Position numbers and translations under genes: made by a program. From Selaginella moellendorffii (lineage: Eukaryota; Plantae; Lycopodiophyta), in the NCBI RefSeq assembly GCF_000143415.4, contig NW_003314261.1, positions 4,752,691-4,816,690 of the forward strand: 64,000 nucleotides of DNA, read 5' to 3'. The notes beneath the pieces are model-generated. The model saw only the letters and a program-made list of their open reading frames with translations. It ran no database searches and had not been told where the DNA came from. How positions within the stretch are numbered: position 1 is the first letter of the stretch; every line of letters begins with the position of its first letter. Of this stretch, positions 50,745 through 61,477 are shown piece after piece.

Positions 50745-51506
50745 AGCATGCAGAGATGAAGCTTCAGGAAATCACGAAGATCAGCCACCACACCTTGAGC
50801 CCAGCAAAGCGCAAGCTCTTGCTCGAGTACTTGTGGCAGAGCGGGATCACCATCTTTGCCTAAGGCCCTCGCTGCAGTTAGCCCCTTCTTGCATCAATGA
50901 CTGGACGTGCGGCAGTGCCGATGTGAAGAAGGCGTCATCCACGCCCAAGAAGCTGGTGTTCTTCCTCACCAAGCTAAACACCAGGCACAGCCTTGTCAAG
51001 ATTGTGCTTGCAGTCGCAGAAGAAGGTGGTGTAGAAGTAGCCGCTACTGGATTGGAAGTCGAAAGCCTTGGAGCAGCGCAAGTGCTACCGCCATGGCCCG
51101 TCTGGGTGGGGAGCTGGATGACCATGGTCGCAAACGACCCACTTTCCTTCTCCGCGTCGCTGTGAAGCTTGGAATGCCCACCTTGCTCGTATAGCACCAT
51201 CTCGTAGAGGGGCACGCCCGATGCGCGTCCATTCCCATGCTTGAGAGCGCGGCGGCAGCTACGGTCCTGGCGAGGAACTCGGGACAGTCGGGGAAGGAAA
51301 TGTGGGATGGAAGGAGCGTATGCTCTCCAGCGCCAATACCGCCCTGAGCTTGGCAAGATTCTCGCGTGAGAGTGGGAGCTGGATGGCGCCACCTGCGATG
51401 CCTTCCACTGCCAGAGCGCATGGCGCCCCACATCGATCTCCCCTCCAGCGGCGAAAGGGCTCTCCCAGAGCGCCGCCTGGAGAAGCTCTTTCTTCATTGC
51501 CAACAC
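50745..51506 (-). pseudogene. 2OG-Fe(II) dioxygenase-domain gene of a microbial-type family, frameshifted
   Basis: Across frames: SPFAAGG, LAVEGIAGGAIQLPLS, LYEMVLYEQGGHSKLHSDAEKESGSFATMVIQLP..GHGG (HxD), YTTFFCDCKH (distal His), RLCLVFSL, KMVIPLCHKYSSKSLRFAGLK. Confidence 0.78.
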
Positions 51507-53620
51507 TGGAGTTCCTCATCTTTCTTACATCTCTGGCGGGGACTTCCTTCGTTCCAGAAGCACATAGCAATTGCGGAGGCAGCATTCTCGGGATCCATCT
51601 CCACCACTCTGTCCGCCGCCCGCCTCCCCACCGCCTCCTCCCCGACCCGCCCACACGCCGCCAGCAAGCTCATCCACGCCACCACCCCGGCCCCAAACCT
51701 CTCCAGCACCGCGCACGCCTCCGCCACCTCGCCCGCCCGCCCCAGCGCGTCCGCCACGCACACCAGGTGCTCCGCCGCCACCGCCACCCCGTACTCGTGT
51801 GCCGCCACGTCCAGCTCCTCCGCCGCGGCGCCGCCCATCCCGGCGTGGCTGCAAGCGCTCAGCACGCTCATAAGCGCCACGCCGTCGGGTGCCACGCCCT
51901 CGAGCTTCATGTCGCGGGAGAGCTCCAGGCACTCGAGCGCCAGGCCGCTGTGAGCGTGCGCCGAGAGGAGCCCCGTCCACGAGAGCCTGTTCCTCGTCGC
52001 CACCATGCGATCGAACACCGCCTTGGATCGTCCCGGCTGCCCGGTCTTGCCGTAGAGATTGATGAGCGCGTTCCCGACCGCCACGCTCTTCTCGGCCACC
52101 ACAACATCGGCTTCCATCTCGGTTCCCAGAAAGCCGTTACTTTGTGACACCTCGGGTTCCACCTCGAGCTCGAGCTCGCGGATGATCGCGTGAGCGCTCT
52201 CGGCCGCCACGGACGCGACGATGGAGCACGCGTCGATCACGCTCACCAGCGCCACCGCGTCGATCCTCAGCCCCTCGAGATCCATCGCCTTGAACAGCTC
52301 CACAGCTCGGACTGCCTGCCCGTTGAGCGAGCACCCCGAGATCATCGCGCTCCACGCGATTTCGTCCAGCTGGGGGCTCTTGGCAAACACCTCGTCCGCG
52401 TCTTCCATCTCTCCGGCCCGGGCCGCCGCGACCACCATCGCCGTCCACGGCACCACCGAGCGCTCCGGCATGGAGTCGAAGAGCTGCTTGGCCTCGTCCA
52501 GAGCTTGGCTGTGCGAGAGCACCACTGTCCAGGAAACCACGTCCCGCTCCGGCATCTTGACAAACACCAGCTTGGCGGCCTGGAAGTTCCCGTTTTCCCC
52601 GAGTGCCTGGATCAAGTTGTTCCAGGAAACGACGGTTCTCTCCGGGCAGCGATCAAAAACCGATTTTCCAGCGGCCACGTCCCCGCTACGAGAGTAGACA
52701 CCGAGCATCGCGTTCCAGCAGATGGAGTCGGGGTACCGGGTGCTCTCGAACACCCTTTTTGCAGCGTCTAGCGAGTCCGGGTCGCCTCTTTGAGCGTAGG
52801 CCGTCAGCAGCTCCGTGGAGGAGAGAACGCTGTGCTGCGGCATTCTCTGGAAGAATCTCTCCGCCTCTTCGACATACCCTCCACGAGCATAAGCTTGGAT
52901 GATTGCATTCCACGAAGCAGCGTTACGTTCCGGCATCTCCAAGAACAAGGAACGAGCTCCCGGAACCGAGGACTGCTTGGCAAGCCCGACCATCAGCGCT
53001 GTCCAGGTGACCACACTGTGCTCGGGCATTCTCTCCAATATCCTACGCGCCTCTTCCATATGCCCGTTTTGGGCATACGCGGCTACCATCGAATTCCCGC
53101 TCATGACGTTTCGCTCGGGCATCCGGTCGAAGAGAGATCTTGACTCTTCGAGCTGGTTTTGTTGGTTGTACGCTGCCACTACCAAGTTCCAAGAGACGAG
53201 ATTCGTCGCGGGCATTCGGTGGAAGAGCTCGTTGGCTTCTTGAAGATGGCTGCTCTTGGTACCAGCTCTGATCATCATGTTCCAGGAGACGACGTTCCTC
53301 TGGGTGATCTGATGGAAGACTGCCCACGCATCTGGGAAGGCACCGCAATCCCCATACATCTGGATCAGTCCATTCGCATGCTCCGCGTCTGTATCTCGAG
53401 AGTTCTTGACAAGTTCCCAGTGGACTTTCTTGCAGTCCAGAAGAGTTGTCGTCCCTTGTTTCCATTGCCGAGAAGCGAAAGCTGACGAGAAGAAACACCT
53501 CCTGTGCCTGGTCGAGATCCTTTTAGCCCGAGGAAACCATATCATACTTTGACTGCGATAGGACACAGCCGTCGCAGAGCTTTCTCGGCCGGTGAGCTCC
53601 TTGTCCCCGGCCTCTGGCAA
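51494..53620 (-). CDS. PLS-class PPR protein with truncated E domain and no DYW (RNA-editing factor type); probable start 53543
   Basis: Long run of 31-aa S-like repeats (FDRMPERNVxSWN), LSACSHAG, HLVCVADALGRAG, WMSLLAAC, EMDPENAAS; 708-aa open frame. Confidence 0.85.
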   Translation of the reverse strand: MPEAGDKELTGRESSATAVSYRSQSMIWFPRAKRISTRHRRCFFSSAFASRQWKQGTTTLLDCKKVHWELVKNSRDTDAEHANGLIQMYGDCGAFPDAWAVFHQITQRNVVSWNMMIRAGTKSSHLQEANELFHRMPATNLVSWNLVVAAYNQQNQLEESRSLFDRMPERNVMSGNSMVAAYAQNGHMEEARRILERMPEHSVVTWTALMVGLAKQSSVPGARSLFLEMPERNAASWNAIIQAYARGGYVEEAERFFQRMPQHSVLSSTELLTAYAQRGDPDSLDAAKRVFESTRYPDSICWNAMLGVYSRSGDVAAGKSVFDRCPERTVVSWNNLIQALGENGNFQAAKLVFVKMPERDVVSWTVVLSHSQALDEAKQLFDSMPERSVVPWTAMVVAAARAGEMEDADEVFAKSPQLDEIAWSAMISGCSLNGQAVRAVELFKAMDLEGLRIDAVALVSVIDACSIVASVAAESAHAIIRELELEVEPEVSQSNGFLGTEMEADVVVAEKSVAVGNALINLYGKTGQPGRSKAVFDRMVATRNRLSWTGLLSAHAHSGLALECLELSRDMKLEGVAPDGVALMSVLSACSHAGMGGAAAEELDVAAHEYGVAVAAEHLVCVADALGRAGEVAEACAVLERFGAGVVAWMSLLAACGRVGEEAVGRRAADRVVEMDPENAASAIAMCFWNEGSPRQRCKKDEELQCWQ

Positions 53621-54330
53621 GAAAAGTCTTCCACACGTCGTAGTCCGGCTCGAAAGGCATGGACTCGAGTAGCTCTTCCGCCTGCTTGGGCTTGAGAAGC
53701 TGCATCACACAGAGGTTATCTTCCAGGACCGGATACACCTAGCATCGTCCAAGTTGGTGCACGACTCCATGACCGTGAGAACAAGTTCTTGTCGGGCTTG
53801 ACATATCTGTGGATCATTCCCTTGAAGATCTCGTACGTGTCCCCTGACTGCTATGGAATGTCGCCGCTTCTTCATCCGTGCAAGAAGCCACACTCGGGTT
53901 CTTCATCCTGTGCAACGGTCGCAAGATCCCCACTCGCTGCAAATGCTGCGATAATAGCTCCCCACGCTCTCTCGTGCCCAGCGAAGCTCGAAGATCGTGA
54001 AAACCGTCTGCGCCATCCCGACCCCCACGTACCCTCTATCATCGTTACCCAGAGGTCCACTGCCGGATCCTTCGCCAGCTTGAACAGCTCCTTGGCCTCG
54101 TCCATCTGGGTATACGCCGAGAGCATGATGTTCCAAGTTTTCCCGTCCCTCTTCGCACCACCATCGAAGAACTCCCTGGCCTCCTCGATCTCTCCGTTCA
54201 GGTATCCAGCACATCATGCTGTTATTAGTCCGCAGAGTGTCATACGCGTAGCGCGCTTCCTCGGTGCTGTTGCAAACGCCGAAGGGCTTGATCAGCAGAT
54301 CGCTACGGCCTAAGGTAGTGCTTCGATCAC
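53600..54330 (-). pseudogene. Fragmented PLS-PPR remnant
   Basis: Pieces such as MLSAYTQMDEAKELF, WGAIIAAFAASG and AEELLESMPFEPDYDVWKTFL lie in different frames. Confidence 0.75.
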
Positions 54331-54589
54331 ACTGTCTGCCAGGTCCATGATGAATGTGGGAACGCTGGAACTCGACCCCAGTGAAGTATTCCCGACTCCA
54401 GCGCAAGATCTTTGTATTCCATGTCGATGTCTCGATGTGCTCGCTGACAAAACGGCATGCATTAAAGCTGGTCTTTTGTGTTCACAAAATATTTATACAA
54501 AACTAAGCTCTTAATACCGTTCTGACCAAGGCTTTATCTGTTATATGAAAACCACAACATGATAAACAAACAAAAACATCAAGTGAGAT

Positions 54590-55325
54590 AAATAACCGAT
54601 ATGCCAACGAGTGAACGTTGTTGACACCCCTGCTCCGTAACTCAGGCATGATCAGGTCGACGCATTCTTCCATCTCCTCTTATGGATTCCCGGTTTTTCC
54701 TACACACGCCACCGGAACTCCATGAGCACTAAAAAAGATATGGACCCGCAAGCAGAAACGTAAAACTTTGAGAGCGCAAGCAAAGATCTCCCTTACGTCC
54801 TCAGAATTCGAAAACTTGGAAAACTCCTTTTCTATGAGAGACGCCATAGCTTTTACGCCTTCCCTCTGGTACCACAAAGGAATAACAGTGTGCTGCATGT
54901 TACTCAATCGAGTTAAGCCTCAAATGTCGTGGTATCTCAAGATGCTTTCTAGAAGGCGCAAACTCGAACTGCTTGGCAGAACGAGAAGCCTCTACCTGAA
55001 ATTCTTCTTATATATCTCGTTTAAATTGTAGCTGCACATAAGCTACCATTTAAATGAGATATATAAGAAGCTGTTCAATGGCTTCTTCTGTGAAAGGATG
55101 CCAGTATCGCTTCCCGACATATACCGTTGCAAGTAAATGCTTGGTCTCCAAGGATTTTTGACAGCCCTGGCCCGTGGGAAACTACATGTTGTATCTAAAA
55201 GGAATGCGTGAATCAAGCCTTGCCTGTTCTTCAGTTATTCTTCTCAACGGAGAACCTCCACCGATAGACGCATATCCTTCGGCACTCTTGGGAGCCCGAG
55301 CTGCCGAAATAAACTCCAAGGTTTC
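54590..55325 (-). pseudogene. Ferrochelatase gene fragment with stops and deletions
   Basis: [85 protein letters not shown]; in-frame stops; intron sequence retained. Confidence 0.88.
55004..55070. repeat. Fold-back inverted repeat, 30-bp stem, 7-nt loop
   Basis: cttcttatatatctcgtttaaattgtagct-gcacata-agctaccatttaaatgagatatataagaag; two mismatches. Confidence 0.9.
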
Positions 55326-55559
55326 TGGAGGAACCGAAACAGTCGAGGCAACCGGATGATGTCCTGAAATATTAAATGTCGTTAGAAAGTACGCGAACAT
55401 ATAATCAAGAAAACACAAAGGGAAGTAAAACAAATGAAAGATGTTGATCAGAGAACAGATTAAAAAGAAAGGGTTGCACATCTTAGAGGGAGTCGGATCC
55501 TCCGCCGAGTTTCGTCCACCGGACAGCAGCCAGCCGAGAAGACGTCCTCTGCGGCTTGG

Positions 55560-55760
55560 CCTGGGCGTAATGAGGTTTGTGGAGATCGTATTTGGCTGTG
55601 GAATCACATCAAACACGGACCTGGCTTCTGACACATGCCCACTCATCAAAGGTCCCACATTCACAGTTGCCTTCGTCAAAAACTTCCGTGCGCTCTTTTG
55701 TGAAGCTTGAGACAAAGATTCGTACAGTATACTTAGATCCACGAAAAAAAATTTCATCAA
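55560..55760 (-). pseudogene. Small PPR fragment
   Basis: [23 protein letters not shown] resembles a PLS repeat. Confidence 0.5.
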
Positions 55761-56816
55761 TACAATTGTGGCAACGACACATCCAAAGAAGAAGAAACTA
55801 TGTCATGCCGCCGATGAAGGATTCCGCAGCGTCAGGCTGTACAAGAACATTGCCGCTGAGCTTGCAACGCACCAAAAAGAATATCCTGTGAATTCATTTA
55901 ACCACAAACGTCTACTTCTTCTTTCCTTAAAGACCCGGACCATATGTGAAACTATGGTCATGGCCCGCGTCTGCCAGTAAAAGCACAAGGTCATGGTGGA
56001 GAAGATCAACGAAGTGCCATGCAAGGACTCGTCACTCGTGAAATCAACCTTGGAGGCACTATTTATCCGACGAGGAAGCTGGGGCACGATACAAGATATG
56101 GCTGCGGAGTGTTCCAGACTGCCTCCGGAATCAGTTTTTTATGTTGAGTCCATGCAGCTGCCCCTTTAAAAACCCTTTCAACATTATAATGTCACAGAAA
56201 ACGAAATAAAATAACACACGTCTATCAAAATCTACAAGGTTCTGGGTTCGTTGCAACATTGGCGATGCACCCAGGCCATACTTCCTAGCTCTGGACACTG
56301 TTCCTATTCTAAGATATTTTGGTAAATCAATTATTCGCCATAGATGGAAAACGTGATTGGTACGCCTGTCCATGAAAGTAAATCTCATGGATTTTCAGCG
56401 AAGTACGTACAGCGGCAGAAAGACTATGACAAATGGCGAAAAATTACTTTTCAAAGCAAATGAACACAGAAGCATTGCGCTAGCAAACATTGACACTTAA
56501 AGAAGCTAATACTAAGCTTCGTGCATCGCCTTGCCCAAAATATCTCTAAGAATTTGACGCATGCCTAAGATAGCAAGCATTCTGTATAATTTTTCTGTAT
56601 TTACAGCGCTGGGATGAAAGCAAAAGCAAAGAAACCGGCAAACATTTCATCAAACATGCGAACCTTGTTGAATCTGCCACTCGAAGGATCCCAATAGCTC
56701 CCTGCTGCAGAGAAGCAGTAGCCAGTGAGCAACACACACCGGATGATCTCCCATGGAGGAGTGGTAGTTTTGATTGCTTCTAAATCATCGGGTTGGTCGG
56801 GTTTGAAAGTGAGTCC

Positions 56817-57390
56817 TGGAACAAAAGGGTAAAAGCTCATTTGATTTTGATTTTCAGTACGGATACAGACTGTGAAAGCATGGCCTATTGATCCTTTAGT
56901 GTTTCCAAATTTGAAGCTAGAGGTGTCAGAAAAGTTACCATAGGGATAACTGACTTGTGGTAGCCCAAGTGTTCATAGTGATGTTGCTTTTTGATCCTTC
57001 GATGTCAGCTCTTCCTATCATTGTGAAGTAGAATTCACTGAGTGTTAGATTGTTCACCCACCAATACAGAACATGAGCTAGGTTTAGACCGTTGTGAGAT
57101 AAGTTAGTTTTTGATGAGCAGTGCTGTAATAGTAATTCAACTTAGTATGAGAGGAACTGTTGATTTGCACAATTGGTAATTGCGCTTGGTTGAAAAGCTA
57201 GTGGCGTGAAGCTACCATGCATGGGATTATAACTGAATGCCTCTAAGTCAGAATCTGTGCTAAATGTAGTGCTCTCTACCTCCTTAACTGTTACCTGATT
57301 AAGGTTAAGGGGGCCAAGAACACATGACGTGAGCACCATGTAAGTGGTAGAGTAGCTTTGCTGTTACGATCCATTGAGGTTCATCCCTCT
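56817..57390 (+). pseudogene. Orphan 3' fragment of nuclear 25S rRNA, degenerate
   Basis: Collinear with the conserved LSU 3' region (gaagctagaggtgtcagaaaagttacca, ttttgatccttcgatgtc, gattgttcacccaccaata, gcctctaagtcagaatc); the sarcin-ricin loop reads agtaTgagaggaac. Confidence 0.93.
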
Positions 57391-57499
57391 GTCTTTTGTC
57401 TTAAACCCTAAATTTGGTGGAACAGTATTTAGGTTAAGGTTTAATGACATAGGAAACTTTGGCATTTAGTGCGATTGATGTGACATTCCATGGACTCTA

Positions 57500-57570
57500 T
57501 CAGTGGAGGGTGGTGCTCTCACCCTCTCACATAAGGATTGTGCCAAACTCAAGGATGTCTCAAGGTGTCA
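57500..57570 (+). pseudogene. Third small fragment of the 2OG-Fe(II) oxygenase family
   Basis: cagtggagggtggtgctctc...gccaaactcaaggatgtctca matches 48954-49022 (cagtggaagg...gccaagctcaaggatgtctca). Confidence 0.55.
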
Positions 57571-57749
57571 ATAGTTTCAAACTCAATGTGTCAGTAATTT
57601 ATGTTCTAGAAGAGTTGCTACCTCCTCTTCTTCTTCTTCAGTTCTTGCAGCATATCTTGTTCTTGAGAGATTTGTGTTAGCAAAACCTTGAAATGGAAAA
57701 CCTTGATAAGGTAAAGTATTATTTCCTGGGGTTTTGTTAAATTTTTGAG

Positions 57750-59330
57750 TTTGTATTTTGAAGTTGACAGTTTAGAGCTCTAAATTTTCTAACTTTGGAT
57801 TCTCTATTTTAGTATCACAAATGGTCCTTCTCACCTTTATTGCATTTTTTTGCCAAGATTTTCAGCATTTTCTCTAAACCAAAGGACTTTGCCTTTAATC
57901 TGGAATTTATTACTTCTTTATGTGTTTCTTTTGCTTTGTGACAAGCTTAGATAGGTTCAAGAGTCTATAGTGTTTTTAATTGTTCTTTATTCAGTTTTTT
58001 AAGCCTCAAAAGTCTTCTTTTCAAAGACTTCTTTTGGCATGGGGAGCAATGGTACAGTGTATTCAAGTGGGAGTCCAAAAGCAAGTTAATTTTATAGTGT
58101 CTTTAGCTATTTCTTTCTTCATTGATTGTTTTTTTGCCTATTTAGTTATGTAATTTGTTGTTATCAAGACATATTTGTATCCTTTGCTAGTTGTTCTAAG
58201 GGGATCTACAAAATTTAGTCCCCATCACTAAAAAAGTTCTAATACCATTGTCAGATTGAGTTTTGTCTTTGTCTCTTTAAATGAAATTTAAATTTTTGGC
58301 ATATGTCATATTAACAATAAAATTGAGCACAGTCTTTTCATAATGTGGGCCACCATATACCAATTTGTAAGAGTTTTTTAGTTGTGATTTCTTTTGCAAA
58401 GTGTCTGCTGGCTTTTTCAGTATGAGCCTCTTCTAACAATTTTTATATTTCATCTTAAAATTCAATACATCGGCATAAAATGGCATCCTATCTGAGCTTG
58501 TAGATCTTCTCTCCCATGGTTGAATTTTGTCATGTTCTCAAGATGAATTTCTTTCTATGGTTTTTATTAGTATTGACTCTAGGTTTAGATAGTGGTCAGA
58601 AAATATATATTTTGACTCTATATTTTGACTCTAAATCTAGAGTCAATACTAATAAAAACCATAGAAAGAAATTCATCTTGAGAAATATATATATATATAT
58701 TCCTAGACAAGTTCTTTTTAGTCTCAATTGAATGCAAAATAAGTGAGTTAGATAATTCATGTATGTTCTCATGTGTATCTTCCCTAGTGGTGATTCTACT
58801 AGGATGATTTACTTGTTCATGTTGTTTACCAGGTTTATGGATAATGTCAAAGTTAAATTTTTGTACCATCTCATAATTCTTCCTATCAGGATTGGCTTGT
58901 TAAGGAGGTGAAGTAATGCCATATGATTGACCATAATCTTGCCCTTATTAGCAAGTAAATAGTGTTAGAATTTTGTATAAAGCATATATCATGCCAAATG
59001 TTTCTTTTTCTGTAGTTGTATAATTCATTTCTAGAGAAATAAGCCTTCTCCTTGCATAATAGATTTGTCTATATTTTTTTATCCTCTTGTTTTTTAGTAA
59101 GTATCACATTAATAGCATAGTCTGAGCCATCAACTTGGAATATAAATTCTTGATTCTAATTTGATTGAACAAGGATAGGAGTTTATATGAGTTTCTATTT
59201 CACCTTTTGTCATTCTTGTATCCACTTATAAGCTTTTTCTTTCTTGAGAAAATTTGTGAGAATTTAAGCTATCTTTACATAATCCTCAATGAATCTTAGA
59301 TGGTAATCAATCTCCTCACTAAGAAGTGAT
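57750..59330 (-). mobile_element. Decayed Ty3/gypsy RNase H-integrase remnant
   Basis: Minus strand: FDIIHKPGKQH...SR (RNase H end), LEEAHTEKASRHFA...GIWWPTL (integrase Zn domain), GLNFVDPL; CpG-depleted. Confidence 0.75.
58535..58684. repeat. Long inverted repeat, 55-bp arms, 40-nt spacer
   Basis: 58535-58589 is the reverse complement of 58630-58684 with one mismatch; followed by an (AT)n run. Confidence 0.92.
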
Positions 59331-60289
59331 TATAGGGATAAGGATGGGTAGACTCTAGAAATGAGAGAGGGGGGACTTAGCAATGGCAGCACAGCTACTG
59401 GCACTAGAGAAGTGGCACAAATATGAGAGGCTAGAGCTGTATATAGTGATGAAGAATCCTAGCCAAGGCATGGCAATCTAGCATGGAGATGGGCTTGTTG
59501 GAGTGCTCAGGTTCTAAGAGGAAGCAATGTGGTGTGCTCAGTCACTAGAAGACATCGAGGGGCTGGAAGAGGTGGCCATATTGAGTGATAAGATGCTCAA
59601 CTATGGCAGGGGCTTCAGCTTCTTCCATAAGATCATTGGAGCCATTGTCATATTAAAGGGTGGCCCTATTTTACTCTCTAATCATTGAGATTTAGCCATG
59701 AATGCTCCTTCCAATACTAAAAAAAAGAGTTCTTTGTCTAATGTAATTATATTTCAATTGAGAAGTGAAATGGCCTGACAAAAGGAACTAGATGTTCACT
59801 CCTATTGTACCTCTAGTAATAACTACATTAGCAACTATTACCACCCCAACTACAGCTCCGACACAGCAGACACCAACTCAAATAGAGCACTAAATTCTTA
59901 GATGGACCTCAATCTAGTCATAGAAGAGTGAAAATCAAGAAAATCCACTTAAGACTTTCAATAAAGATTTCAACTCAAGCTTTTGAAATAAAAAAAATTG
60001 CATTAAGTGCACAGAATAAAATGGCATATTCCCATCATACATGCAAGATATAAAAAGAGAGGTGCCTTATATCCCACTTTTTACTTTAATTTTACACAAT
60101 TACATTTCTATTTATTTCACTCATTATGCAAAGCTCAATCCTTTCCTACAACCTTCCCTTAGGATTGGGAGTTGTATTCTTTTTCATTTGTTTTATGTTT
60201 GTAGTTGAGACTTAAGATTTCCATATTAATTTTGAGAAGTAGGGAAAGCCATGCCTTTCCCACCCTTTTCCAAACACTGAATTGAATGT

Positions 60290-60840
60290 AATTATGAAAT
60301 AAACAATAATATGCTTATCTTGCATACCATCAGGATACACATAATACAATCATGTCACATTATACAATGCAAACATTGGAGTAGTAGTCAAAGCCATCTT
60401 AAACATTGCAAAACTTCCACATAGAAAAACAACATTCTTCTTAAGAAGATTAGTTAAAGGAATAAAAATCTGTGAAAAAACTTGAATAAAGCGATGGTAA
60501 TAATTTGCTAAACACATAAAACAACATAAATCTTGTATATCACGAGGTTGTGGTCAATCAGGCATAACCTGTGCTTTCACATAGCTTTTGCAAAACCTTA
60601 CAAGGATCATTCATGTGCTTGTCCAAAGTAGCATTGTTGATGAGAATGTCATTCTCAAAAACTTTCACAAAATCATCTAAACATTCTGCAAAATTTGAAT
60701 AGATTTATGAATATGGCAAGAACATTGGTTAAGCTAAAAAGCATTACTAAATACTTAAAATGACCATGCTTAGTTCAAAAAACAGTTTTGACAATGTCCT
60801 CCCTGACTAAGGATTTTGCAACAATTTCCCCCATTAAACT
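60290..60840 (-). mobile_element. Decayed Ty3/gypsy reverse transcriptase remnant
   Basis: Minus strand: KTVF*TKHGHFKYLVMLFSLTN...CLDDFVKVFENDILI (degenerate MPFGLTN and YxDD regions), then LLKKNV...ALTTTPMFAL linker. Confidence 0.78.
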
Positions 60841-61477
60841 AGGAATGACAATACTAACACCAGACTGTAGTTACATTCTTAGTACACTTTTGAGTTCCTC
60901 TTCCACATCCACCAGCAGCTGATTCTCCATGGCAATGTTGAGCAAGCCATATGCCACAAGCTTGGAGATCAGCTTCACAACACTGACCAGGAACTGTCCG
61001 TGAACATCGAAGATGGTTGCACACTCCTTGCGCCGTGATGGAAGTTTTAGCTTGAGTTTCTCTGCTTCCAAATCCGTGATGTTATCTTGCGGTACTCATG
61101 GCTACGATGCGCTGCCAGTGCAACGCACTCAAGCGGGGCCTCGGAGACGATCTCCAAAGCCTCGGCCTTGCACAAATGCCCAGGGCGGAACCAAACCAAA
61201 ATAAGCTTTTGGACGATTAAAATCATGAAATTTGGCAAGCCTCAATGTTAAGAGATTGCAAAGGTTGCCAACTGCCATCCAAACAGAGGATGGATCTCCG
61301 AGGCGTGCATCTCTTAGAGAAGCTGGAAGAAAGTTTGCTGCTAATGGGAAGCTCAGGGGTGGAAGAAAAACTTACTTTGCAGACGAAGAGGCCAACCTCG
61401 ACATGCACTCTTCAAACCTGGAAGTGTTTGATCTCTCAGTTCCATATCAATGTTTATAGGAGTTTCGAGCATTGCGT

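Noticed and set aside
56817-57390. Functional rRNA gene
   Set aside because: Fragmentary, with a mutated sarcin-ricin loop and no flanking rDNA unit.
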